NCBI GenBank assembly: GCA_027078545.1
Contig: JALWXN010000004.1
Location: forward strand, 800,001-864,000
Direction: 5' to 3'
Source of the DNA: Nitrososphaeria archaeon
GTDB lineage: Archaea; Thermoproteota; Nitrososphaeria; Geothermarchaeales; JDFR-13
Length of the DNA: 64,000 nt
The translations under genes were made by a program, and so were the position numbers. The notes under the pieces were generated by a model, which was not told the origin of the DNA, ran no database searches, and was given only the letters and a program-made list of their open reading frames with translations. The stretch's first letter is position 1. The number at the start of each line of letters is the position of its first letter. Of the stretch, positions 20,300 to 29,294 are shown one piece after another.

Positions 20300-21340
20300 C
20301 TACACCTCTATCTTGGGCTCAACCATCATCTCCTTGAACTTGAAGACTCTCCAGTAGATCAGCGACATTATTACGCCTATGATTACGAGGATCGTTGCAA
20401 GGGCAGCGCCATAACCGATCTCGACCGTTCCACCGTAGGATCTAAATGCCTTATGGTAACTATAGAGACTCCAAACCTCTGTCGTATATAGCCCGGGTCC
20501 ACCATCAGTCAGAATAAGTATGTATTCAAAGCTTGTTAGTAGGCTGAGAGTCTGGTAGGCTGTAACGAATAGGAGTGGCCACTTAATCATTGGAAGTTCT
20601 ACATATCTTATGATATCCCACGTCGATGCCCCGTCAACCTTAGCAGCGCGATAGTAATCCTCAGGGATACTCTTAAGTGCGGCTGTGAAGACTATCATGC
20701 CGAAGCTTGTACCTACGAAGCCGTTTACCAATATGACTATAACCCAGGGATCATCAAGTATCCATGTCCGTGTGGGGATCACCATGGATAGGCCGGTAAC
20801 TGTCAGGAACCAATTTATAAGGGCGTTTTCCTCACCCCTAGCCGCCCATAGCCATAACAGGGCATAGACGGTGGAGGGAGTTATACGTGGAAGTAGCCAT
20901 ATCCCTCTTACCGCAGAGCCTATATGGTCAGGGATATGGTTGGTTATTAGACTGACAACTAGTGCCATCCCGACATTGAAGAGTGTAAGTGTGGTGAAGA
21001 CATAGAATAGTGTGTTACCCATTATCTTGGGTGCGAAGCTGTCGTTGAGGATCCTTATATAGTTGGCTAGGCCGACCCACTCCCATTTAAAGGTGAAGTC
21101 CATAGCCGTCATACCGATTAGGAAGGTGAGTATGAATGGGACGAGGTAGAAGAGGGTTATGAAGCCTAGGCTCGGGACGAGGAAGACATAGATGGCGAGT
21201 TTGTATCCAAGCTTCGATATGAACCGTCTAATCGGATCAATTATATACTTGGCTAGGGATATGAACCCCCTTCTCAGGAGGCCGAAGACCTTCAATATAT
21301 CCTCAGCCGTAATCTCCTTCTGCCATATACTATCCGACAT
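20300..21340 (-). CDS. carbohydrate ABC transporter permease (MalF-like)
   Basis: WVGLANY, ALKSIPEDYYRAAKVDGAS, LTDGGPG. Confidence 0.92.
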   Translation of the reverse strand: MSDSIWQKEITAEDILKVFGLLRRGFISLAKYIIDPIRRFISKLGYKLAIYVFLVPSLGFITLFYLVPFILTFLIGMTAMDFTFKWEWVGLANYIRILNDSFAPKIMGNTLFYVFTTLTLFNVGMALVVSLITNHIPDHIGSAVRGIWLLPRITPSTVYALLWLWAARGEENALINWFLTVTGLSMVIPTRTWILDDPWVIVILVNGFVGTSFGMIVFTAALKSIPEDYYRAAKVDGASTWDIIRYVELPMIKWPLLFVTAYQTLSLLTSFEYILILTDGGPGLYTTEVWSLYSYHKAFRSYGGTVEIGYGAALATILVIIGVIMSLIYWRVFKFKEMMVEPKIEV

Positions 21341-21389
21341 CTAGGGGTCACCCCACAACCAGATGTAAAAAATGTGGGGGGTGGAGGGT

Positions 21390-22901
21390 CTACTCTACAA
21401 ATTCGACTGAGTCTGGGATCTGGCTCTGAAGCTCGTTGACCATGAAGTCCAAAGCCTCCTGAGGCGTCATGTCACCGGTCTCCACAGCTCTGAGGGCGTC
21501 GAACACAACCCTGCTATACTTACCCCAGTCTGGATGGTTCGGTATGAAGGTGGTGTACTCCAGCATGTAGGCCACATCAGCCAGGAACCAGTCCTCGGAA
21601 TACTTTGTCTCGCTTATCTGGCTCCTCGCGATGGCTAGGTGTGCACTCTGGACCGCGTGGATACTGTTGAATGTCGGTAGGCTTACCAGGGTGATCATTA
21701 TGAAGGCCAGCTTATCAAGACCCCTATCCCTAGCCTGTGTGGTGATTGTGTAGACCAGTGGGTGGCTCAGCGTGACTGGCTTCCCACCAGGCTTAGCCGC
21801 TGGGTGTAGGGCGTAGCCCACAACCTCTATGAACTCCTCCTCAGTCAATAGGCCCTTGTTTATCCACTCACCCTTGTGCCAAGTACCTCCTGATAGGAAT
21901 AGTGCCCTACCCTCTGTGAATGGTCCGTGGAAGTCGGCGTCCCAGTCACCGCTGAACTGGTTGGGGCTTATCACTCCATACTCCCAGACAGCCCTGTAGA
22001 ACCAGTCTAGCGTGAGGCCCCAAGCAGTCGTGTTGAAGACCATCTTACCTGTCTGTGGGTTGTATAGCTGGCCGCCATATGCTAGGTAGAACTGTAGATA
22101 GTCATAACCCTCCTTCACCCTGTGTACCAGTCCACGCTCGACGAGGCCTGCGTCAACAGCCTCCTTAGCGACCTGTAGGAGATCCTCCAGAGTAAACTCG
22201 CCGTTCTTAATCTTCTCTGGGAGGGCGTTGATCTCCTCCTCCGACCAGCCTAGCTGCCTCAGGACATCCTTCCTGAAGTATAGTGGCCTAGCCTCAGTGT
22301 CCTGTGGGACGCCCCACTTCTGCCCTGCATACTCAACGGACTTCCAGAGTGTCGGGAAGAAGTCGTAGTAGATCAGGTCCCAGTACTCCTCGATATAGTC
22401 GTCGAGCGGTATGATGAAGTCATTGGCGGCTAGGTAGCCGATGTCCTCATGTCCAGTCAGATATACGTCTGGAGCCTCACCAGCGGCGAAGGCCTGGTAG
22501 AAGTTCTGCCTATACTGCTCCCACTCCACAGGCCTAGCGAAGAACTGACCCTCAATCTCCACAGTCACGTTGGCGCCGAGATCCTTGAGCATCATGTTGA
22601 GTATATCCGCTGCCAGCTCGAAGTTCTTGTACCTGTACTCTGAGGGTGGGTCTGGTCCGATCGCCCAGACCTTAAGCGTTATCGTTGAGCCCTGCTTGAG
22701 CTGCTCCAGCTGATCCTTGATCTCGTTGAGCTCGTTCCTCAGCTGTTCGATGAGCTGATCCTTCTCGTTGAGCTGATCCAGCAGTGTAGGATCTCCCTTG
22801 GGAGCGGCGAAATAGCCTATCGCAGCACCTACCAACAGCCCTATTATCAGGAATACCAATGCCTGAACCGTTACCTGACCCTTCCTCCTCATAATAACCA
22901 C
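21390..22901 (-). CDS. sugar ABC transporter substrate-binding protein with class III signal peptide
   Basis: RRKG|QVTVQ plus hydrophobic helix, coiled-coil stalk, AGEAPDV, LYFRKD; GGAGGTGA RBS. Confidence 0.9.
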   Translation of the reverse strand: MVIMRRKGQVTVQALVFLIIGLLVGAAIGYFAAPKGDPTLLDQLNEKDQLIEQLRNELNEIKDQLEQLKQGSTITLKVWAIGPDPPSEYRYKNFELAADILNMMLKDLGANVTVEIEGQFFARPVEWEQYRQNFYQAFAAGEAPDVYLTGHEDIGYLAANDFIIPLDDYIEEYWDLIYYDFFPTLWKSVEYAGQKWGVPQDTEARPLYFRKDVLRQLGWSEEEINALPEKIKNGEFTLEDLLQVAKEAVDAGLVERGLVHRVKEGYDYLQFYLAYGGQLYNPQTGKMVFNTTAWGLTLDWFYRAVWEYGVISPNQFSGDWDADFHGPFTEGRALFLSGGTWHKGEWINKGLLTEEEFIEVVGYALHPAAKPGGKPVTLSHPLVYTITTQARDRGLDKLAFIMITLVSLPTFNSIHAVQSAHLAIARSQISETKYSEDWFLADVAYMLEYTTFIPNHPDWGKYSRVVFDALRAVETGDMTPQEALDFMVNELQSQIPDSVEFVE

Positions 22902-23038
22902 TCACCTCCGTAGGGGAAATCCCTAAAAGGGTGGTTTCAGAATGGGGGGTATTGATAGAAAATCCTTTAATTAGACGTATTATACAATACTGAGACCACC
23001 TATTTAAATTGTTCACCCAGACCCCAAGCTCTCTATGC

Positions 23039-23557
23039 CTATCCCCCTACATCACTATCCATAAGCGTGTCTAGGTTGATCCTCTCCATCATCTTGTCTA
23101 TATAGACCTCGTAGTCGGCAGCCCTATACTTCTCCCCAAACTCCGATATCAGTTTGAAGAGCTCCTTTGCAGAGGGGAAGACATAGGGGTTGTAGACCTC
23201 TATCCTGGTCACCCCACTCCTCTTCTCAACCACATGCCCCTCCGCCGAGACTGGTAGGTCTAGGAGCGTCTCCGCACTCTGGCTGGGCAATACCTTGCCG
23301 GAGAATGTATATGTCCTCCTTGTGCCATCCTTATAGTCCACGACTATGATTGCGAATACTGAGCCACTCTCGAGGAACATGTTTAGGAGGAGCTCCCTAT
23401 ACTTCCTACCCGCCCTGGGCTCCGGTATCCTCCCAAGCCTACTGATGTTCTGCGTATTTGATAGGTCCTCCTCCAGCCTCTTGATCAGGTCAACCACGTT
23501 TCCAGGCCTGTATATGGTCTCCACAGGCGCCACCAAAGGATTATTACCCCTAGCCAC
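23039..23557 (-). CDS. hypothetical protein
   Basis: 172-codon ORF with host-like codon usage filling the gap; no recognisable motif. Confidence 0.6.
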   Translation of the reverse strand: MARGNNPLVAPVETIYRPGNVVDLIKRLEEDLSNTQNISRLGRIPEPRAGRKYRELLLNMFLESGSVFAIIVVDYKDGTRRTYTFSGKVLPSQSAETLLDLPVSAEGHVVEKRSGVTRIEVYNPYVFPSAKELFKLISEFGEKYRAADYEVYIDKMMERINLDTLMDSDVGG

Positions 23558-23611
23558 GTGATAAAACGGTCTCCATCCTTAATTATACAGCCTTGGAGAA
23601 TAACTCTATTT

Positions 23612-23672
23612 GCCGATGAATGGGTCTGCATCGGCTGACCCTGAGGATGATGACCGGTATGCTTTATGAGGC
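23612..23672 (+). ncRNA. possible C/D-box sRNA
   Basis: GCC-GATGA...CTGA...ATGATGA...ATGA-GGC about 25 nt downstream of TTAATTATA; boxes are imperfect. Confidence 0.3.
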
Positions 23673-23679
23673 GTCCGAG

Positions 23680-24546
23680 ATGTCGTATGGGATCGAGATA
23701 CTTGACGCTACCCCCGACTGGCTCGACATCCCCTTCATATCGATATATCTCGTCTATGGAGAGGGGGATAGGGATCTCCTGGTAGACGTGGGGCCAAGGT
23801 CCTCGTCCACCAAGGTTTTAAAGCTACTCTCTGGGAGGGGTTATGTGTCGCTCGACTACTACATAACCCATATCCATCTCGACCATGTAGGGGCGCTTGG
23901 CGAGGTCCATAGAACCCTTGAGGGAAATGTCTATCTCCATCCCAGGGCGGTCAAGCATGTTGCCGATCCGGCTAGGCTATGGGAGACGGCCCTAGCCTCC
24001 CTAGGCGGCTTTGCGGAGATGTATGGGGAGCCCCTACCAGTTGCTAAGGACTTCCTAATTGGTGTCGAGGATGGGTATGTACTCGAGGAGTATGGCCTTA
24101 CCCTGATCCACACCCCTGGCCACGCCTCACACCACGTCAGCGCCTATCATGAGGAGTCGAGGGGGATCTTCGTCGGCGACTCGGCGGGGATCTATGTGGA
24201 GGAGCTTGACTATGTGATACCCACGACGATCTACCCCACAAGGCTTGACAGCTATATGGAGAGCCTGGAGAAGATGCTTAGCTATAGGCCCAGCCTACTA
24301 TACTATAGCCACTACGGGATAGCCGAGGATGGGGTGGATAAGCTTAGCAGGCTGATCAAGACGCTGGAGACGTGGATATCCATTGCTAGGGACTCTGGGA
24401 GTGAGGATGAGTATAAGGACTACCTGGTCTCGGGGGACGAGGAGTTTAGGAGTATCTATACTAGGCTTGAGGAGATACCCCTAGCTAAGACGCTGGTCGA
24501 CCTCGCCATAAAAGGCGTGTATGAATGGGTGAGGGAGAGGGGCTAG
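23680..24546 (+). CDS. MBL fold metallo-hydrolase
   Basis: THIHLDHVG, TPGHASHH, GD, SHYG; start uncertain (23620-23680). Confidence 0.9.
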   Translation: MSYGIEILDATPDWLDIPFISIYLVYGEGDRDLLVDVGPRSSSTKVLKLLSGRGYVSLDYYITHIHLDHVGALGEVHRTLEGNVYLHPRAVKHVADPARLWETALASLGGFAEMYGEPLPVAKDFLIGVEDGYVLEEYGLTLIHTPGHASHHVSAYHEESRGIFVGDSAGIYVEELDYVIPTTIYPTRLDSYMESLEKMLSYRPSLLYYSHYGIAEDGVDKLSRLIKTLETWISIARDSGSEDEYKDYLVSGDEEFRSIYTRLEEIPLAKTLVDLAIKGVYEWVRERG

Positions 24547-25382
24547 GTAAGGCTATGCGGCGACTCTAGGTAGTCGAGCCCCTTCTCCAACGCCTCGACA
24601 AGCCTCTCGAGGGTATTGAATAGCTCCGGGCCATAATGGGCGAGGGTGTCCGGACCCATTAATAGGATCCTCCCATTCTTAACCGCCTCTATATTGTCCC
24701 AGCCCCTCTCCCTAAACATTCTGAGCACCTTCTCCCTGTCAGGCTCCTCACCCGGCTTCAACTCATACAGGATGATCTCGGGGTTCTTCTGGGCTACGTA
24801 CTCGTTGCTCGGCTGGATCCATGGTGAGGCTTCGGAGCCATAGATGTTATCAAGCCCGATATGCCCTAGGACCGCGTGGATATATGAGTATCGCCCAGCC
24901 GTTATCGGGCCGCCCAGGTCTATCTCGTAGTAGACCCTCCCGCTCAGCTTATCCCTGACTCTCTCCAGACTGGCAATCATCTTCTTCGACGTCCTCACCG
25001 CCTCGTCAACCTTGTCGAGCACCCCTGCCACCTCAAAAGTATTCTCAATTATCCCGCCAGGCGAGACTGGGAGCTTCACGGGATAGACGTTATAACCCTT
25101 CTCGAGTAGTTCGAAGGTGGTCTGCCTCTGGGCACCTGTAGTGGTGAATATGATGTCCGGCTCCATCTCCTCAAGCCTCTTATACATAACCTTTAGATAT
25201 GCACCCACCCTAGGCTTCTCCCTAGCCTTACTGGGAATGTTACAATATATGCTTACACCCACCACGTTGTCCCAGGCACCAATCCTGTACAGGATATCTG
25301 TTATCGAGGGGGCGAGGCTCACAACCCTAGGATTCTCAGGGACTTCGATATACCTACCAGTAACCTCGTTGAAAACCCTCAT
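24543..25382 (-). CDS. cobalamin-binding BtuF-like helical-backbone metal receptor
   Basis: RVVSLAPSITDIL, VVGVS, PDII, AVKNGRI, GP motif; no signal peptide. Confidence 0.8.
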   Translation of the reverse strand: MRVFNEVTGRYIEVPENPRVVSLAPSITDILYRIGAWDNVVGVSIYCNIPSKAREKPRVGAYLKVMYKRLEEMEPDIIFTTTGAQRQTTFELLEKGYNVYPVKLPVSPGGIIENTFEVAGVLDKVDEAVRTSKKMIASLERVRDKLSGRVYYEIDLGGPITAGRYSYIHAVLGHIGLDNIYGSEASPWIQPSNEYVAQKNPEIILYELKPGEEPDREKVLRMFRERGWDNIEAVKNGRILLMGPDTLAHYGPELFNTLERLVEALEKGLDYLESPHSLT

Positions 25383-25470
25383 GATAATATGAAGGCACCC
25401 AGCAACCTATATCTCCTCTCCCTAACTGCTCAGAAGGCGCATATGCTTCCAATTATCAGTCCATATGCAC

Positions 25471-25517
25471 TGTATACAATCTGTTTATATCCCTGTATAC
25501 ACAATCATATACGATTG
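25471..25517 (+). promoter_or_regulatory. vapBC promoter/operator
   Basis: two TGTATACA palindromes (25471, 25494) flank TTTATA; CAATC-N6-GATTG at 25502-25517. Confidence 0.55.
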
Positions 25518-25519
25518 GA

Positions 25520-25741
25520 ATGACGGTTGTAAGCGTCAGGATAGAGGAGCGGGTAAAGAAGATTCTTGAAGAGGCAGGCATAAACATCAGCGAGGCCGTC
25601 AAGAACTATCTTAGAGAACTTGCCTGGAGGATAGAGCTGGAGAAGAGGATAGCTAGGTTCGAGGAGGTTACTAGGAATATCCCGCCAGCCGAGAAGGGTT
25701 ATTCAGAGAGATCCGTGAGGGAGGACCGTGAGGGTCATTGA
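25520..25741 (+). CDS. vapB: VapB-type antitoxin (RHH)
   Basis: VVSVRI strand, GINISEAV, SVREDRE tail; overlaps the PIN gene. Confidence 0.85.
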   Translation: MTVVSVRIEERVKKILEEAGINISEAVKNYLRELAWRIELEKRIARFEEVTRNIPPAEKGYSERSVREDREGH

Positions 25742-26123
25742 CGCATCAGCCCTAGCAAAATATGTGCATAGGGAGGAGGGGTGGGAACGGGTTAGGCAAT
25801 ACCTACTGGAGGGCTGTATCTCCATTGAACTGGCGGTAAAGGAGGTTACCAACTCGATATGGAAAAGGGTGAGGAGGGGCGAGCTCACTCCTGAGGAGGG
25901 GAGGAGGCTGTACAGGGCATTCAGGGAGAATCTCATGGTGAGGCTCCATCCACAGGAGGAGATATACGATACGGCCTTCGAGATAGCTGTCGATATGGGA
26001 ATAACTATTTATGACGCTATGTACATTGCGCTATCCAAGAAGACTGGCTATATACTCATAACCTCCGACAAGTCCCAGGCAGAAGCAGCCATCAATATAG
26101 GTGTCGACACACTAATAGTCTAG
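25728..26123 (+). CDS. vapC: VapC PIN-domain toxin
   Basis: VIDASA, KEVTN, IYDAMYIALS, LITSD. Confidence 0.92.
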   Translation: MRVIDASALAKYVHREEGWERVRQYLLEGCISIELAVKEVTNSIWKRVRRGELTPEEGRRLYRAFRENLMVRLHPQEEIYDTAFEIAVDMGITIYDAMYIALSKKTGYILITSDKSQAEAAINIGVDTLIV

Positions 26124-26182
26124 ACCCAGCATACACATGGAATCCTCAACGTTAAATTGGATAGTTGCGATATACTGTATTG

Positions 26183-27880
26183 ATGACCGACTATAGAGAG
26201 GATTTCCTAAAAAAGCTTAGGGACAAGGTTGAAAAGTGGGAGAGGGAGACCCTACCCAAGTCGCTGAGCCGCTACCCCGAGAGGATGGAGAGGTTCACCA
26301 CATTGTCCGGGATAGAGATAAAGCGGATATACACCCCCCTAGACATAAAGGATACACACTACCTCGAGAGGATAGGCCTACCCGGGGAGTATCCCTATAC
26401 CCGTGGGATCCACGCCACCATGTATAGGGGCAGGATATGGACGATGAGGATGTTCAGCGGCTTCGGAACGGCGGAGGACACGAATAAGAGGCTGAAGTTC
26501 CTCGTCGAGCATGGGGAGACAGGGCTAAGCCTGGCATTCGACTACCCCACGCTACTAGGCATAGATAGCGACGACCCCATGGCCCATGGCGAGGTGGGGG
26601 TGACTGGCGTCGCGGTCGACACGCTCAAGGACATGGAGATAATATTCGACGGGATAGACCTAGGGAAGGTGACGACCAACATGACGATAAACCCTCCAGC
26701 ACCGATCCTATACTCCATGTACCTCGCCGTTGCGGAGAAGCAGGGCGTACCCAGGGAGAAGATCGGGGGGACAACACAGAACGACCCGTTGAAGGAGTTC
26801 ATAGCCCAGAAGAGCTACATCTTCCCACCAGAGCCGGCGGTAAAAATAGCCATGGACCTCGTGGAGTATAGCGTGCGGAACACACCCAAGTGGAACCCCA
26901 TAAGCATAAGTGGATACCACATCAGGGAGGCGGGTTCAACAGCGGTCCAGGAGCTGGCCTTCACCCTGGCTGATGGGATAGCCTATGTCAGGCACCTAGT
27001 CGAGAGGGGACACGACGTCGACAGCTTCGCCCATAGGCTAAGCTTCTTCTTCGATAGCCACATCAACTTCTTTGAAGAGATAGCCAAGTTCAGGGCTGCG
27101 AGGAGGATGTGGGCAAAGATAATGAAGGAGTGGTTCGGCGCGAAGAAGGAGAGGAGCCTCTGGCTAAGATTCCATACACAGACCGCTGGAGTATCACTTA
27201 CGGCCCAGCAGCCATACAACAACATCGTGAGGACAGCTATAGAGGCTTTGGCAGCCGTGCTCGGAGGCACACAGAGCCTCCACACAAACGCGTTGGACGA
27301 GCCATATAGGGTTCCAAGCGAGTTCGCAGCAAAGATCGCCCTGAGGACCCAGCAGATAATAGCATACGAGACAGGTGTAGCAGACGTTGTGGATCCACTT
27401 GCGGGTAGCTACTACGTAGAGTGGCTCACCGACAAGATCGAGGAGGAGGCCTGGAGATACATCGAGAGGATAGAGAGGATGGGTGGGATGATAGAGGCTG
27501 TTAGGAAGGGATATCCACAGAAGGAGCTGACCGAGGCCAGTTACCGCTTCCAGAAGGAGGTGGAGGAGGGTATAAGGAAGATAGTAGGGGTGAACATCTT
27601 CACCGAGGAGGATGAGGAGGAGGTTAGGAACGTGCCACTTCTAGACATAGACCCCAACGAGGTGGAGGAGAGGCAGATCAGGAGGCTACGTGAGGTCAAG
27701 AGGGGTAGGGACAGTGCACGTGTAGAGTCTACCCTAAACAATCTACGCGACGCCGCGAGGAGGGGTGAGAACATCGTGCCATACATCCTTGAGGCTGTCA
27801 AGGCATACGCCACAGAGGGCGAGATAATGAATGTCTTGAAGGAGGTCTACGGCGTCTGGACCGAGCCAATAATATACTGA
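26183..27880 (+). CDS. B12-dependent acyl-CoA mutase large subunit (methylmalonyl-CoA mutase family, isobutyryl-CoA mutase-type residues)
   Basis: PGEYPYTRG, GLSLAFD, SISGYH, EIAKFRAAR, LGGTQSLHTN, DPLAGSYYVE. Confidence 0.93.
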   Translation: MTDYREDFLKKLRDKVEKWERETLPKSLSRYPERMERFTTLSGIEIKRIYTPLDIKDTHYLERIGLPGEYPYTRGIHATMYRGRIWTMRMFSGFGTAEDTNKRLKFLVEHGETGLSLAFDYPTLLGIDSDDPMAHGEVGVTGVAVDTLKDMEIIFDGIDLGKVTTNMTINPPAPILYSMYLAVAEKQGVPREKIGGTTQNDPLKEFIAQKSYIFPPEPAVKIAMDLVEYSVRNTPKWNPISISGYHIREAGSTAVQELAFTLADGIAYVRHLVERGHDVDSFAHRLSFFFDSHINFFEEIAKFRAARRMWAKIMKEWFGAKKERSLWLRFHTQTAGVSLTAQQPYNNIVRTAIEALAAVLGGTQSLHTNALDEPYRVPSEFAAKIALRTQQIIAYETGVADVVDPLAGSYYVEWLTDKIEEEAWRYIERIERMGGMIEAVRKGYPQKELTEASYRFQKEVEEGIRKIVGVNIFTEEDEEEVRNVPLLDIDPNEVEERQIRRLREVKRGRDSARVESTLNNLRDAARRGENIVPYILEAVKAYATEGEIMNVLKEVYGVWTEPIIY

Positions 27881-27915
27881 CTTATCACCCCTAGAGCCAA
27901 TAATAATTAGCCGGT

Positions 27916-28344
27916 ATGACCATAACAGAGACGGAGAGGATAAAGGTACTCGTCGCAAAGCTGGGGCTGGACGGCCACGATAGGGGGGCGAAGGTCGTCG
28001 CCCGGGCCCTTAGGGATGCGGGCTTCGAGGTGATATATACAGGTATTAGGCAGACCCCTGAGCAGGTGGTCGAGGCGGCTATACAGGAGGATGTCGACGT
28101 GATAGGTGTCAGCATCCTCAGCGGTGCCCACATGACCCTTATGAAGAGGCTTATGGAGCTCCTTAGGGAGTATGGAGCCGACGACATCCCCGTATTCCTA
28201 GGGGGAACAATACCCGTACCCGATATCGAGCCGATAAAGAGGATGGGTGTTAGGGAGGTTTTCCTACCAGGCACCTCCCTAAGGGAGATAGTGGAGATGA
28301 TTAGACAGGCCGGGCTGGAGAGGAGGAAGAGGAGGGGCTGGTAG
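27916..28344 (+). CDS. acyl-CoA mutase cobalamin-binding small subunit
   Basis: [19 protein letters not shown]. Confidence 0.95.
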   Translation: MTITETERIKVLVAKLGLDGHDRGAKVVARALRDAGFEVIYTGIRQTPEQVVEAAIQEDVDVIGVSILSGAHMTLMKRLMELLREYGADDIPVFLGGTIPVPDIEPIKRMGVREVFLPGTSLREIVEMIRQAGLERRKRRGW

Positions 28345-28346
28345 GT

Positions 28347-29294
28347 ATGGACTATAGTAGGCTTATCGAGAAGGCTCTCAAGGGTGATAGGTTGGCTACT
28401 GGGAGGCTCCTAAGCATAGTAGAGAGGGATCCACGGGGAGCCAGCATGGTCCTCGAGAGCCTACCCGAGAGGGAGGGCTACCACGTCATAGGGGTAACAG
28501 GGATAGCCGGGAGTGGTAAGAGCACCCTCTTATCGAGGCTCCTGACACACTATGCTGACAAGGGTTATAGATGCGCAGTGGTAGCTATAGACCCGAGTAG
28601 CGCATACTCCAGGGGGGCGCTCCTCGGAGATAGGATAAGGATGCAGATGCACGCCACGAATCCAAACATCTTCATAAGGAGCGTCTCGACTAGGGGGTTG
28701 AAGGGAGGCCTCTCATTCGCAGGGGTCGCGATGATAGACGTTTTCGGCAGGCTGGGCTACGACAAGGTCTTCATAGAGAGCATCGGGGTGGGCCAGGCAG
28801 ATGTAGACATAATGAGGATTGCCGACACCATAGTGGTGGTGACCGTTCCAGGCTTGGGGGACGATATCCAGGCCCTCAAGGCAGGGGTCATGGAGATAGG
28901 TGACATATATGTGATCAACAAGGTGGATAAGGACCGTGAGGGAGCCAACAAGACGATGGAGTACCTCCTATTCGCCATCGAGGCTGGTGAGCTGGGGCAT
29001 AGGGGTTGGAGACCTAGGATCGTGAAGACCTCCGCAGTCCTCGACGAGGGGATCGATGAGCTTATCGATGCGATCGAGGAGCATTACAGGTTCATCCTCG
29101 GGACTGGTAGGTATGGATCTGGGAGGGAGAGGCGTAGAGAGATACTTGTCCGCCTCCTAGCAGAGAAGATGTTGATCGACGCCCTAGAGAGTATAGAGAT
29201 AGAGACTGGCAAGGATCTCTATGAAGGGGCGCTGGAGCTTCTTAGGAGGGTCACAGCGAGATACGTGGATACCACTGGGGGTGGAGAGGCCTAG
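28347..29294 (+). CDS. meaB: methylmalonyl-CoA mutase-associated GTPase MeaB
   Basis: GIAGSGKST, IDPSS, GDRIRM, ESIGVGQ, GDDIQ, NKVD. Confidence 0.93.
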   Translation: MDYSRLIEKALKGDRLATGRLLSIVERDPRGASMVLESLPEREGYHVIGVTGIAGSGKSTLLSRLLTHYADKGYRCAVVAIDPSSAYSRGALLGDRIRMQMHATNPNIFIRSVSTRGLKGGLSFAGVAMIDVFGRLGYDKVFIESIGVGQADVDIMRIADTIVVVTVPGLGDDIQALKAGVMEIGDIYVINKVDKDREGANKTMEYLLFAIEAGELGHRGWRPRIVKTSAVLDEGIDELIDAIEEHYRFILGTGRYGSGRERRREILVRLLAEKMLIDALESIEIETGKDLYEGALELLRRVTARYVDTTGGGEA

